From Bugula neritina (lineage: Eukaryota; Animalia; Bryozoa), in assembly GCA_964035545.1 (NCBI GenBank), contig OZ037770.1:8128973-8192972 (forward strand): a DNA stretch of 64,000 nt, given 5' to 3'. The translations under genes were made by a program, and so were the position numbers. The notes beneath the pieces are model-generated. The model was not told the origin of the DNA. It made no database searches and was given only the letters and a program-made list of their open reading frames with translations. Positions 1 through 14,000 of this stretch are shown here, piece after piece. The first letter of the stretch is position 1; each line of letters begins with the position of its first letter.

Positions 1-2143
1 CAGCTGATTCAGACTGCTGTCAAGCTGAATCCTTTCGTGCGTGCCTTCAACTACCCCGAGTCCAGAGATCCGGCTATTGTTCACCCTGCAGTGACTGGTA
101 GCCCGGGAGCGGCCTGGCATGGTACGGTTGCGTACCACTTGCACACCTCCCACTAAAGGGCGGCCGAACTTGTCGACGCAGACGAGCTCCCGCCCGGACA
201 TCATCATTGCAGATTTACTAAAATCGATGTGACATCCGTGCCGTTTTAGAAATGGCATCCGGAGGATGGCGTCCTCCTTGAGCTGACTGACGATAAACGT
301 CTCTTGGATCGTTTGATCACGGACTCGTCCCGTCAGCTCAATTATACCAAAGAAGGGAAGGCATGACCCGCCAGCTAGGGTGCCATACTCCCCCTCGTAT
401 GGTTCCATCTCGCCCCTGACCCTAGTACTGAGGGTGTGGAAGAGTTGGCGGTTTAGGAGGTTCGTGGTACAGCCCGAATCAATGAGAAAAGTAACAGCTT
501 CGCCTTCCAATTTACCGGGCAAGAAATAGCTGTTCCCATGGGGCTGCACCTGAACTCTCTCTTCAGGCCTTACTCTCGCAGGGAGTACCTCCCTTGCTTT
601 GGGTCGCGAAGGAGGCCTCTTGGGATGGTGGTAAGTGGGCCTTGGAGGTGCCGAGGCTAGATTTCCGGCTACCTTTGCTGGCTCCCATCCAGATTCATGG
701 GCTGGTAGCCCGTCGAAGCGATTGTGGAGGGGCATGGAAAAGGTAGCGGCGGGGCGGAGCCTCTTACTGGTCCGTCGTGGCTGTTGCCACTTTTGGTTAC
801 CAGCACGCGGCACCCGTCTGGGTGACCTACGTTTCTTCTTCCCTGGAGGTTTCATCGTCGGCCCGCAAGAGGTGGGAACATCTGCGGGCCGTGGTAGTTT
901 AACCCCGGAGTTAGGACGGGACAGTACCTGCGGAAATGACCTTGATTTCCGCATTCCCAGCAAAAACTGACCGTTTCCACTAGTGGCAGCGCCGGTGGCC
1001 ATACGGGCTCAGCGGCGGTACCTACTGGGGTTTGGGGTGTCAGTGTTGCTATCAGTTTGGCCAGCATGTCAGTCAGTTGAGTGACTTTCGATGCTGTCAC
1101 TAACTGAGCCACGGCAGCCGTCGCGGAGGTTTCCTCCTCTCGTCCCGCTGCCGTGTCCGCGCGGTCTACCTCCACTTGACGGGAGTTCCCACGACTTTTA
1201 TGCATCTGATTGGCTAGGAGGTAAGCTTCCCCCTCTGTCAGAGCATCTCAACGGTGGTGATTCCCCTAGCTAGAAACTAGTGGTAGAGACCCAGATCGTC
1301 GACGGATGCTATGAAGGCGTCAAGGGTATACCTCTCGCGGTTGGCTGGGGGCAAGTCGCTGTACGCGATCTGTGCCAGCTTCATGACCGCGGCGGCATGT
1401 TCCCGTAGCGGGGTGCGGGGATCACGCCGCAGCCTTTGTAGTCGGGCCCGGGCATCTGTAGCAGAGAGGCCGAAGCGGGCCCGCAGAGAAGCAAAGATAT
1501 TATCGATGTTTACGCCCAGCCCATAAGGCTTGGCTTTGTCCATCAATGCCATTCTAAGCTTCAGCAGGGCCACCCTAGGGGGCCACTGGGCGACGTCCAT
1601 TACGTCGCTAAACTCTTGGATGAATTGCTCCACCTCTTCTTGGCCCGTGAAGGTGGGCGCCTTTAACCGGTAGCGGTCTTCAATTAGTTCCCGCGGAACC
1701 ATTCGCTCTTCTACTACATGGTTGATAGGCATTGTCTCTACAGCATTGTCTCTGCGCTCACCTTCTACTGCCGGTGGTTGCGTTCCAGCATTCTCAGTCT
1801 CCATCTTGGATGTGCACTATCCCACTGCTGCCACCACTGTTGTGATTTTCAGAATTAGGGTCGATATGCAATCCAGAGAGTCTAATTACTTGCTAGAGAA
1901 CTTCACCAGGATAAGTCGAGTGAACGAGTATATATTTTAAACACAAGAACACATTACAAAAACGATACAAATACAGTTAATAATTCACACATCTAAACTA
2001 TCCAACACTCTAACTTTGACTGACTAACAGCGGGAAAACTACTACTGCTACTAACTATCAAAGCCGCTAATTGGCTGTCATTGTTCCGGGTCAATCACGC
2101 GACCCTGCGTATCGTGCTGCTGGTAGCTCCACGAGCCACCACA
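1..2143 (-). mobile_element. Gypsy/Ty3 LTR retrotransposon, 5' part (5' LTR, PBS, disrupted gag, protease); continues left of window
   Basis: LTR-like 1838-2143 (minus TGTGGTG...CACAACA); PBS TGGTGGCAGCAGTGGGAT at 1819-1836 (complement of a tRNA-Leu-type 3' end); gag 1804-1277 with stop/frameshift; Zn knuckle CWECGNQGHFRRYC (~930-970); protease motif FLIDSGCTTNLL (~455-490); GC-rich relative to flanks. Confidence 0.88.
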
Positions 2144-3065
2144 CTATGATAAGCAAAACACTTTAGACATGTGCATAGCATTCCTCATTTTTAATTTAAG
2201 TGGGTGAAATCTCACTATAAGCCATGCAATTGACTATTTTTTGATTAAACACAGTGCGTAATGATTAAAGGATTTCATTTTCATTTGTTTTAATTAGCGT
2301 CATTACAACTTTAAGCAGATACATCCCATATTGCTTGAATAAAATTCATGGCTAACCTGTAAGAGGTTGTGTTACGTCATCAATGGGTAAATTAGAGATG
2401 GCAGCTGTTCTCTTAAGGGACACCTGGTGCATCACAGCTATCAGCAGTTGTGAGGGATTTGTTAAATCTATCTGCATACAAAGTATAATGCGGCAAATTT
2501 TAGAACAAAGTTTACAGTCTTTGAAAAAAAGTATAAAGAAGCAATTACAATGATTCCCTTCAATATTATTTCATCAGGTGCATAAGTATACTACTAGAAT
2601 GACTGGTTGTGTGGAATATTTAAAGTAAATATTTGGTGCTTGCTATAGAGTTGCCTTGCCAATACGTAATGTAAGTAGTTCATGTCAATCCTTTTCAATC
2701 ATTTGTAAATATACATAAATACATAAATTTATTGTCTTAAAATGTTACTGAAACTATGCACAAGACTTGACTTATGCTACTGCAATTAGATACATCTCAT
2801 CTCATCATCTCATCTAATTAATCTCACTCGGAGCGCTTTGGCTCCTTTATCGAGATGCAGTGGTGTATGAACAATTGTTTAGATTATCAGTAGTAAGGAA
2901 GAAAACCATTGTGTCTACGAAATAAGAATATAGTTAATTATGCTTTGATTCAAAGCTCAATAGCTAGCTACTGCCAGGAGAGAAAAAAAAAAGTAAATAA
3001 ATAAATAAATATACACCGCACAGCTTCAGATGATATAAAGCAGAGTCGGTGTTAATTGCTTATAA

Positions 3066-6000
3066 TCAGTTAGGCAAGGCAGCTAGAATCATCAGCATGT
3101 GTAATAATTTATTAGGTTTTGAGCAAATGTTTATTATATGTTGATCGAATGACAGTTTATTATCAATCGTGACACCAAGGTATAATACTTTGTCAACACA
3201 TTGTAAGGGGTCATTATTCATGCTGTATTGAGACACTAGAGGATTTACAGTGGAGCGTTGAATTGTCATATGCTCACATTTATTTATATTGAACTTCATC
3301 TGAGAACTGTCTGCCCAAGTTATAAGATGGTCTAAGTCATTCTGAAATAAACTAGAATCAGCAGGTGTTGTGATTGGTTTGTACAACAAGGAATCATCTG
3401 CATATAGTTTAAGCTTGCTGTTGGCTACCGCAGAGTGCATGTCATTTATGTACAAATTAAATAACAATGGTCCTAATACACTGCCTTGGGGCACTCCTGA
3501 GGTCACATGTCTAGTGGCCGATTTGACGTTGTTGACACAGACTGAAAGAAGACGGTTCTGAAGCCATGAAAAAATCCATTTGACAGTTTTATCAGCTATT
3601 CCGATATTTAGCAGTTTAACCTGTAGTTTATGGTGCGACACAACGTCAAAAAGGCCTTTGAAAAATCCAAGACAGCGAGATCAACTGGTATCATTTCGTT
3701 GAAAAAATCTATAAATTCACTCACGGTATTCAACAACTGAGTATCGCAGCCATGATTTGTCCTGAGACCATGTTGGTGTGGGTATAACAGGTCATTTGAT
3801 TTGAGGAAACAGTTGATATTATGTGATACGATATGCTCGAAGATTTTGGATATGATAGAAGTGAGTGATATTGGCCTGTAATTCAGCAGGTCTGTACGAC
3901 TTCCTTTCTTGAAGATCGGTACAATGTTTGCTATTTTCCAGTCTTGTGGTGTCTGAGATGTATCGTAAAAGTACTGAAAAACCTTTGTCAGGGGCTCATA
4001 TATATAATGTGCAAGATATTTTAGAAGTGCAGGAGAAAGCTCATCTGGGCCAGCACCTTTTCGTGGATCGAGTTTGGTGAGCTGTGTTAGGACTCCCCGA
4101 GGATCAAATTGTATAGGAGGTGATATAGTTTGAGGTGGAATGCAGGGAGGGATATTACCATTATCAATAGAAAACACAGAAGCAAAGGAGTCCGCAAAAA
4201 ATTCAGCTATAGCAGTATTGTTGTTAGGGGGGATGTTGTCTAGTTGGCGTACAGTATTTGAGCTGCCCTTTTTACTTGCTATGAACCGATAAAGAGGTTT
4301 TGAATCACCCTGCTCTAATGTATTGCATATGTGTTTGTTTATATAATTATTATAGTCCCTGTTACACAATTTCTTGCAGTACCGGGACTGGGTGGCATGT
4401 TTTATAATGTTGTGCGGGGTGCGATCGTTAAGGCAAGCTAGGTGGAGGTGTTTTCTTTTTCTGATCTCACTTTTAGTTTCTTGGGATATCCAGAGTTATG
4501 ATTTTTTCATTCTAAATTTGTATGGGATATTGGAATGTGCTACCTGGAGTATTCCAGATTTGAGATTATGTCATAACTGTTCAGCGCTACATTTGTTAGA
4601 GATATCTGAGGTGATTTTACAATGTAGGGAGTAACAGTCCGCGGTGATGTTCGTTATGTCTGCCTTTTCAAACTGCCAATATGGTTTTGGTTTGGTTAAG
4701 GATGCTGTCCTTTTAATAACATTATCCGCCAACACATTGAAATTGATAATAAAATGGTCAGAGCAGGATGACTCAACTCGGGGGTTAGTGGTAGTTACAT
4801 TTGTAACAACTAGATCAAGCGTATTACCTTTGTCGTGAGTAGGTTTATTGATAGCCTGAGAAAGATTATTCGAAATTATAAAATCTACGAACAATTGATG
4901 CAAGTTAGTTTCTCTTGTTGTTTTAAGTACAGGCCTGCTACTATCATTCCAGTCAATGTCAGGTAGGTTAAAATCCCCAACCATAACAATGTTTGGATTG
5001 GTTTGATCATAATACCAATTTACTATATCTTCTACTTGTTTTATACAGGGTCTACGGTAATAGCATGCAATAGTGAAAGAGTATCCACAGATTGATAAGT
5101 CAAGGGCAATAATTTCCCCAGGGTGTGAGACATTGATTCTACTAACAACAAAGGGACATTTATTGGATAGGCCTATAAGGACTCCACCTCCACGTCCTAG
5201 TCAGTCAGTTCAATCACGCCGGTACAGGGTGTAGTCTCTGGATAACTGATTATCGGAAACTGATGAATCTAGTTTTGTTTCACATAAGCAAAAGATATCT
5301 GGCGATTGCTGATCTAATAGCATGGAAAGTGCATGTATTTTACCCCTGATACCATTACAATTCCAAGATATTACTTTTAACTCTTTTTGTTCTGCCATGA
5401 TAGTTGAGTTGGACAGGTTAGTTAGCAGTAGAGTGGTAATGTCCAGCTGTGTTTTTATCAGTTATGGTGTTAGTCTCGCTGGGGTCCCGGAGAGATTCCG
5501 AAGCAATAGTATCAGAGTCATGGGCAAACTTGGACCAGCGGTCTGACCTGGATGTTTTAGACTTGGAGTAAATAGAGCCGTTTCTTACTTGAAACATTTT
5601 GTCTGAGTGAGTTGCTTTTAATTCGTGCCTCAGTTTTCTAAGTTTATAGTCACGGTCACGCTCTTCAGGAGATAGGTCTGGTGTACAAAATGTAGATGCT
5701 TTATTTTCCCAGGTGTTGTATCTATACATAAAATCATTTTTATTCATCTCAGAATTTTAAAGGTGGCTTTAACTGGTCTTATTTTGTCAGAGTTGGGGAG
5801 GTTCATGTTACGTCTACCTAATCTAGAGAAGTTTAACAGAGACTCATGATTGAAACTTAGAATATCACATATTTCCATAATCTCTTCCATGGTATTGTTA
5901 TTCTCTTTTAAGCCATGTATGATAACACTATGGGCACGCTCTTCCTTTTCTTTTCGTTTCAGTTGGGATTGGGCATTGGTTTCCAATCTTTCGACAGTTT

Positions 6001-6403
6001 GTTTGATTTCAGTAAACCAGGGTTCTGTGTTATCGGGCTTGATTGTCTCAGATTTGGTCAGTCTGATATTCTCACAGACAAGGTTTTGGACAGAATCCAT
6101 TTTAGTTTCTATTTGAGCAAGAGATTTTTTAATTTCATCCCCGCTGATGTAATCACTGAGCGTGGGCTCACATGTCTGGCAATACCATTTCAAGCCAGAT
6201 CTAGAAAACAGTTTGGTGATATCTATAGATCGATTTAGGTCCTTCCAGTCTGGTAGACAGTTGGTATGTGTCGATCTCGAACAGAGACAGCACTCAAGAC
6301 TGGGTTTATTATATGTTGACATTGTGCATAATGTGCATGCATTAGAGCTCCCCGAGGTTGAACTAGTACGAGAACTCTGACCACCAGACTCCTTACCAGC
6401 CAT
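3066..6403 (-). mobile_element. Decayed CR1-group (CR1/L2/Crack-like) LINE: PHD-finger ORF1 plus APE-RT ORF2, frameshifted and 3'-truncated
   Basis: ORF1 pieces 6403-5744 and 5747-5418 (CTLC..CCLC..H..C..WYCQTC PHD; SVIIHGL, PDLSPEER); ORF2 pieces: SWNCNG, LCETKL, GDFNLP, SDH (endonuclease); NYRPISLTS, LDFSKAF, GVPQGSVLGP, YADD, YLGV (RT). Confidence 0.92.
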
Positions 6404-8939
6404 TGCAGGTGTTTACAGACTAAGACTAGGTGTCGGATCAGGTACCCTAGAAGAGGGAAAGAATTTCAGAGCAAAGCAACAAAACTGCCTGCTCCGAGAA
6501 GAAAACAAAGGAGAAAAAGCCCAGAAAAAAAAGAAGAGAAATGCAGGAGCAAGAACAGCCAGCAAAGGACAAATTTATTTGCTTTATGAAAATTATTTGC
6601 TTTATGAAATGTAAAGTAGTTTGCTCCTAGAAAAGAGCCCAACAGAAAAAAAAGAGAAAATATTTTTCAACTGAAATCAGCAACAACTGAACTGACCAGG
6701 CAGTGCCTAAATCGGCCAGACCATCTGTTCTTTAGGCTCACAGATGTATAGTTAGTGAGCTATTGTTAGTATGCAAAGAAATATATATGTTTAGGTTAGG
6801 TAATAAAGATGTTTAAAAAAGTTTTTTTTGTGAAATAATTTCAATTTGCCAATTGCGCTCGAAAACACGTATTGATTTGAGTCATTAAGACCAGTTACAA
6901 TTATTTACTTGAGGTACTTCATACTAACTGCTCAAACTCAACTTAGATTTTGATAAAAAAGAGCTAAAATAGCAATCTGGTCGTACAAAATTAAAAAGCA
7001 ATTATTAATGCTAACATTATGCATTATAATCAATCACTCATATTCACTCTCTAAAATTAAATTTCATAGTCATTGCAAATAATTTAATCTTGCAAACTTG
7101 AGTTATAAATTACATAAGCTACATGTAGCTCATCAGATACCTGCATGCCACCTGTTTCGATGAAGTAGGTGGTATCTTGAGGTAGATTAGGGTAGAAAGT
7201 AGCTGTGACAGAGCTTGCAACTCCATTTTCCAAATTTACCTCCACATTGTGACAGACACTGCAAGAGATTATTAAAATACTAAGTTTTCACCAGTACCAT
7301 TACACAGAGGAACTTACTATTGAACTGTAAATAAACTGCTTATAGTGCATATCCTGGAAAGTAACAGTAAAGTAAATCTAGGTAAAAAAACTTGTAGGTT
7401 GTGATGATGGAAATTGTTGCAAAATAAAAAAGTGCATTGCCATATTACTTGCTGTTTATGTCCGGAAGTGCTGATTATTAAGGCTATATAGTTTTAGTTG
7501 GTAAGAAAACTCTTTAATGTCTCACTCTCTTATAAGCCAGAGAATACAGTTACTAATATATTGCATCACTCAGCACGTCATATAATGATTGTATACTCAA
7601 ATAGCAACATGCACTTCCTTACAATGGCTACACATATTGGTCAAGTGAAACACAAACATCAACACTTGCAGAAAAATTCAAAGAGTTTCGCATCAACGTT
7701 AGGGTCATATAAGTATTTTGTCAAATGAAACACAAACATATCAGCACTTGCAAAATAATTCAAAGAGTTTCGCATTAGTGTATAGCATGTCCATTGGACA
7801 AACGTTAGGGTCATAAAAGTATGCTTATAGAGCATCTACCAATCTACATTTTAAGCTCACACAAATGCTAAAGAGGCATCAGATGTATAAACACAGGAGT
7901 TGAAATAATTTAGAGACAGTTACAAACAAAGGGCAGAGAATTTATTGTTTTCATATAGCTACTCAAGTAAGTTTGATATTAAAAGAACCACAATATGCAA
8001 AGTAAAAGCGGTATTGGAATAGTGTGCAGCAAAAGACTCTTTAAAACATTTAAACAGAGCTGCCATAGTTTCCAATCTGTTATAACTTTGACCAACAATG
8101 AGTGTCTGTTGGCACTATTCAAAGTGCACTAGGTGCTATTCTCTTACAGCTGAGTAGTATTGGCCTATGATAGTCAGTACACAATACTTTAACAAACTAC
8201 TTTATGATTAAAAAGCAAGCCTTGGATTTTCACAAAAGCCTTGAGTTTTTACAAGACTTTGTTTTCTAGGCTCTTGTTCATGAAGGTTCATTTCATTTAT
8301 ATTCAACATATTATTATAGATGTCTCAGAAGAAAAATTGAAAAGGTCTATTGTGGATGCATAAAGAATGTTAAATATAATACTAGCACAATAGTAACAGT
8401 GTAATACAGTACTTACCTGACCAAACTCAGCAAAGCTGTAACAACTTTTAGGGAGTGGCAGTAAAACTGACTCATAGCGGCTATTGAATGATGACTCTTA
8501 AAATAATTTCCAATTCTCATAGTCTTATAGTTCAGTATAAAAACACAATATCCTAGCTGCAATTCAGAAATACAAAATCTCTCTAACTGAAGAAACAATG
8601 CAATTCTTGGACAGTCATTTATGCAATAAAATGTTTGCCCTAAGAAAGGTGATCTCGCATATTGCCATCAGAGAACCTCCAGCACCAGATGAATTTCAGA
8701 TGATGAATCTTAGGTAACTGATACTATATGATATGTCAATAGATTTTTGACAAAGTTGCTTTATAATATACTAATATGTAATACAACATCTAGAGAGATG
8801 GTGAGCAACTGCTGTGCTTACAAGTTCTAGCAGATACTTACATTCAAACACTTGATAAACCTTCATTTACAGTTTAACTAGCCTTGGTTAGTTGACAAAC
8901 AGTAATAACACTTATCAATACACAAAAACTTCCTTGTAG

Positions 8940-9710
<771 letters not shown>

Positions 9711-9790
9711 TCTTTACGAGCTAGCAATTTGATTATAAATAGGTATACGAGAAACATTGTTATTTATTACTTTATTAGGTAAAGTAATTA

Positions 9791-9830
9791 CACTGATATT
9801 TCGGGTACCACTGTACCCATCTTCAGAGTA
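9791..9830 (-). ncRNA. Minimal type I hammerhead ribozyme motif (Penelope-type)
   Basis: Minus: TACT-CTGAAGA-T-GGGTAC-agtg-GTACCC-GAA-ATAT-C-AGTG; 6-bp stem II, palindromic mini stem III, AUC cleavage triplet. Confidence 0.7.
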
Positions 9831-9915
9831 GCAATGAATGAAATAAATAACAATGTTTCTCGTATACCTATTTATAATCATATATATATATAAATATATT
9901 TATATATATATCAAT

Positions 9916-9960
9916 CTGTGGGCAGCAGCTGTTTCAGGATTTGTCTCCTCATCAGCACAG
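9916..9960 (-). ncRNA. Degenerate type I hammerhead ribozyme, same family as 57597/57869
   Basis: Minus: CTGTG-CTGATGA-ggagacaaatcct-GAAACAGCTGCTGCC-CACAG; stem II mismatched and GUC changed to GCC; flank to ~9992 matches 57825-57868. Confidence 0.7.
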
Positions 9961-11026
9961 AACAGAGTACCATGGCCCACACCATGGCAATAGTAAAACT
10001 TATATATATTTATTATATATCTGTATATATAATTATGTAGTTGGTATCATTGTGCACTGTGGATTATTTCATGTAAGTAGTGAGAACACAATTCCTGCCA
10101 AACTTTAGTCTAAAGTATAAAATGACACACCTAAATTGTGAAAATATATTTGAAAAATTACTATGGCAACAATAATAATAGTGTCATTATTGAATTACTT
10201 TATTAAAAAGTAGTAATGTATATTTGCAGATAAAACAATTTAAAACCACTTCTTCCTGAGCATACCAAATATTTTTCTCACAAGTTCTGAAACTATTCCA
10301 TGAGAAAAAAACACCAAAAGTTGTACTTTAATTTGTCAGAATTCAGTACTATACACAAGAAAGATTATTAAATTAGAAGAATTTATATTTCTTGTGTAAA
10401 GCTCTAAGCGCAGTAGACTCAATAAACCTTGTCTTAGAGATGTTTTTCAGAAAAAGTCCAGTTTCAATTAAATGTTGTCTATTAGGTACAGTGTGTTCAA
10501 ATATATTAGATAATTGATGTCAGTCTTGATTGTATTGTGCTTTGACTTTAGAAATACTATATAAAAAATATTGAAGTTATTACAAGTTGCAACTAATCAA
10601 AGTAATTAGCTATTCCTTAACAGTAAATATGAGCAATAGAGTGGCACTCAGCAATGGAAATATTCCCATAAGCCGTTGCAAATAGTCTAACAGTAAAATA
10701 TTACCAGAAAGTATAAAAACACTAAGTAGATGTAGATTATACGCTAGCTGATATCAAATTTATGTCTTGGACTTTAAATCTGTTTATTCTCTCTCAAACT
10801 TTACCTACAATAAAGGTGACTAGGTTGTATGATACATTGAGACACGACGAAAAAAATGGAGCTGAATGAAAACTTAAAATATGTGACATGAACAGATCAT
10901 ATTGAATCAGCAACAGTTAATAATATTGGCAAATGCTAAGTTAGCGTTGCAGTACATTCGCGCACTATCAGCAGTTATCATAAAGGTGAGTTGAGGTTCT
11001 CCCTTCTGGTCCATCTCTAGCAGAGG

Positions 11027-14000
11027 TCAATTAGTTATTTTGTCTGGACCTTCATAGTGAAAAGGTTGATTCGCAGGCAAACTCGTTGGTCCTCCATCCA
11101 GAGAGTTGGAATCCACCAGCTGGTCATCATACTCAGGTTCATTCTCTGGTGGTGATAAGCTGCTAGCAGTGAGCCTTTCATACTCGTGTTGAGGAGTGGA
11201 ACCATGTGGTTTCTCATAAACCAAAGAAGGAATGATGTCAGGTATCTGTTCATACAAGTGATCAGCTACAGTGGGAAACCCATTCTCCATCACTTCCTTT
11301 ACGCAGTCATAGATGTATCTGTACTGCTCCTGTATTTCGTAATTACAACGGACAAAGCTACACATGGTATAGTGACTGCTAAAAACTAGAATTATATCAC
11401 ATTTAGTATCTAATAACAATAAATTAGAGAATCATAAGGAATCTGAAAGTTCCCTTGGTGATTGCTGCATATAGCCTATTGATAGAGTTATTTAAACTAA
11501 ATTGGAAAAGAAAACTTTTGGCAACAGATTATCATAACTTGTAGCTTTAAAGAAAGTTTTAAGTTGAAGCTCAAATCTAAGAATAATTTAAACATTCAAT
11601 TCTCTTTAAATAATAATGAGTTTCAAGAATTCTCACGGGAATTTTGAATTTTTCAACAAAAACTAATGCATTTTAAAATGATTGAAACTCATTGAAAGAC
11701 CAAAATATAACTTTGATTTTTTTGGACCCAAGGGAGAAAACTATAAATATACAAACAATTGCATAAATTTATGTCCTATGTGCAACTATTAACGGTTACG
11801 TTTGATTAAGTGTAGATAGCAGTAAAGCTTTGATTTGTACAAAGTATCTAAATTTGTTCAGATCTTAACTATGATTCAGCTGTGTGTTGATGATAGCCTA
11901 CCTCTGTCTGAACCATTCTACACCTGTATTCTCTCATCTCCATCACCAGGTTGAATATGTCTATCTCATCATGATCTCGAATATGTTGAAGAAGCCTATC
12001 AACAACTATGTACAAGCCAGTACGACCAACACCAGCACTGTCAAACATTGTATACATTATATTAATAGAGAACTGTCTAGAAGCATCTAAACATTTGCAA
12101 TGTAAAAGTATACCAGATAAAGTGTTACCTGCAGTGTAAAAGTATACCAGATAAAGTGTTACCTGCAGTGTAAAAGTATAACAGATACAGTGTTACCTGC
12201 AGTGTAAAAGTATAACAGATAAAGTGTTACCTACAGGTTACAAGTATAACAGATAAAGTGTTACCTGCAGTGTAAAGTATAACAGATAAAATGTTACCTG
12301 CAGTGTAAAAGTATAGCAGATAAAGTGTTACCTGCAGTGTAAAAGTATAACAGATAAAATGTTACCTGCAGTGTAAAAGTATAGCAGATAAAGTGTTACC
12401 TGCAGTGTGAAAGTATAACAGATAAAGTGTTACCTGCAGTGTAAAGTATAACAGATAAAATGTTACCCGCAGTGTAAAAGTATAGCAGATAAAGTGTTAC
12501 CTGCAGTGTAAAGTATAACAGATAAAATGTTACCCGCAGTGTAAAAGTATAGCAGATAAAGTGTTACCTGCAGTGTAAAAGTATAACAGATAAAATGTTA
12601 CCTGCAGTGTAAAAGTATAACAGATAAGGTGTCACCTGCGGTGTAAAGTATAACAGATAAAATGTTACCTGCAGTGTAAAAGTATAACAGATAAAATGTT
12701 ACCTGCAGTGTAAAAGTATAACAGATAAAGTGTTACCTGCAGTGTGAAAGTATACCAGATAAAGTGTTACCTGCAGTGTAAAAGTATAACAGATAAAATG
12801 TTACCCGCAGTGTAAAAGTATAGCAGATAAAGTGTTACCTGCAGTGTAAAGTATAACAGATAAAATGTTACCCGCAGTGTAAAAGTATAGCAGATAAAGT
12901 GTTACCTGCAGTGTAAAAGTATAACAGATAAAGTGTTACCTGCAGTGTAAAAGTATAACAGATAAGGTGTCACCTGCGGTGTAAAGTATAACAGATAAAA
13001 TGTTACCTGCAGTGTAAAAGTATAACAGATAAAATGTTACCTGCAGTGTAAAAGTATAACAGATAAAGTGTTACCTGCAGTGTGAAAGTATACCAGATAA
13101 AGTGTTACCTGCAGTGTAAAAGTATAACAGATAAAATGTTACCTGCAGTGTAAAAGTATAACAGATAAAGTGTTACCTGCAGTGTAAAAGTATAACAGAT
13201 AATGTTACCTGCAGGTTACAAGTATACCAGATAAAGTGTTACCTGCAGTGTAAAAGTATAACAGATAAAGTGTTACCTGCAGTGTACGAGGATAGGAGAA
13301 GAACTTCCATCTAACATTTGACTTCTCACTCCCATCACAAACTCTAGCAAAGCCTGTGGTTTTGATGGACATCCAGAGCTGGGCCAGAATGTTGAACAAA
13401 TGTGTTCGATAGTTTGTATTGTTTCACCCTGGGAGTACAAAAACCGCAGACATTATCTAGCATAAGGACCAATAAAATGGTTCCATCACTTATATGTAGA
13501 TTCACAACATTTGATAATAAGTGCTAGCCAACAACTTATAGCACTGGATTTTCAGTTTAATGGACATGCTCAAGTTGACTACATGAATAGAACAAAAAAA
13601 ACCGTTGAACAAAGGTTATAGCTTAACGTATTACCATACGTGAATAACTGTAGACATAACTCTATAAAAACTGCATAAGTGAAATGAATGCATGTACAGT
13701 AAGGTACAGCAACTTACCATTTGAATGTCAAATATTCTGATAATATATTCTGGAAGAACACATTCAACTCTCTTAGTTACAACTAAGTCACCATATGCTG
13801 CAGGTTCCTCCAGGGTGTCTGGCCAGTACTGTTCACACTGCTTTCTTCCTAAAACATTATCAATTGTTAGCAACTTACCTCTCTGTATAAGTTAACATAC
13901 TCACATCTCTCTATAAGTTAACATACTTACATCTATCTATAAATTAATATACTTACATCTCTCTATAAGTCAACATACTTACCTCTCTCTATAAGTTAAT

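Noticed and set aside
7115-7145. CTGATGA followed by hairpin GCTAC-AT-GTAGC on the minus strand, hammerhead-like
   Set aside because: No GAAA after stem II and no stem I/III
12090-13286. 34-bp periodic array resembling a CRISPR
   Set aside because: Units are head-to-tail with no unique spacers, no cas genes, and the context is a eukaryotic intron
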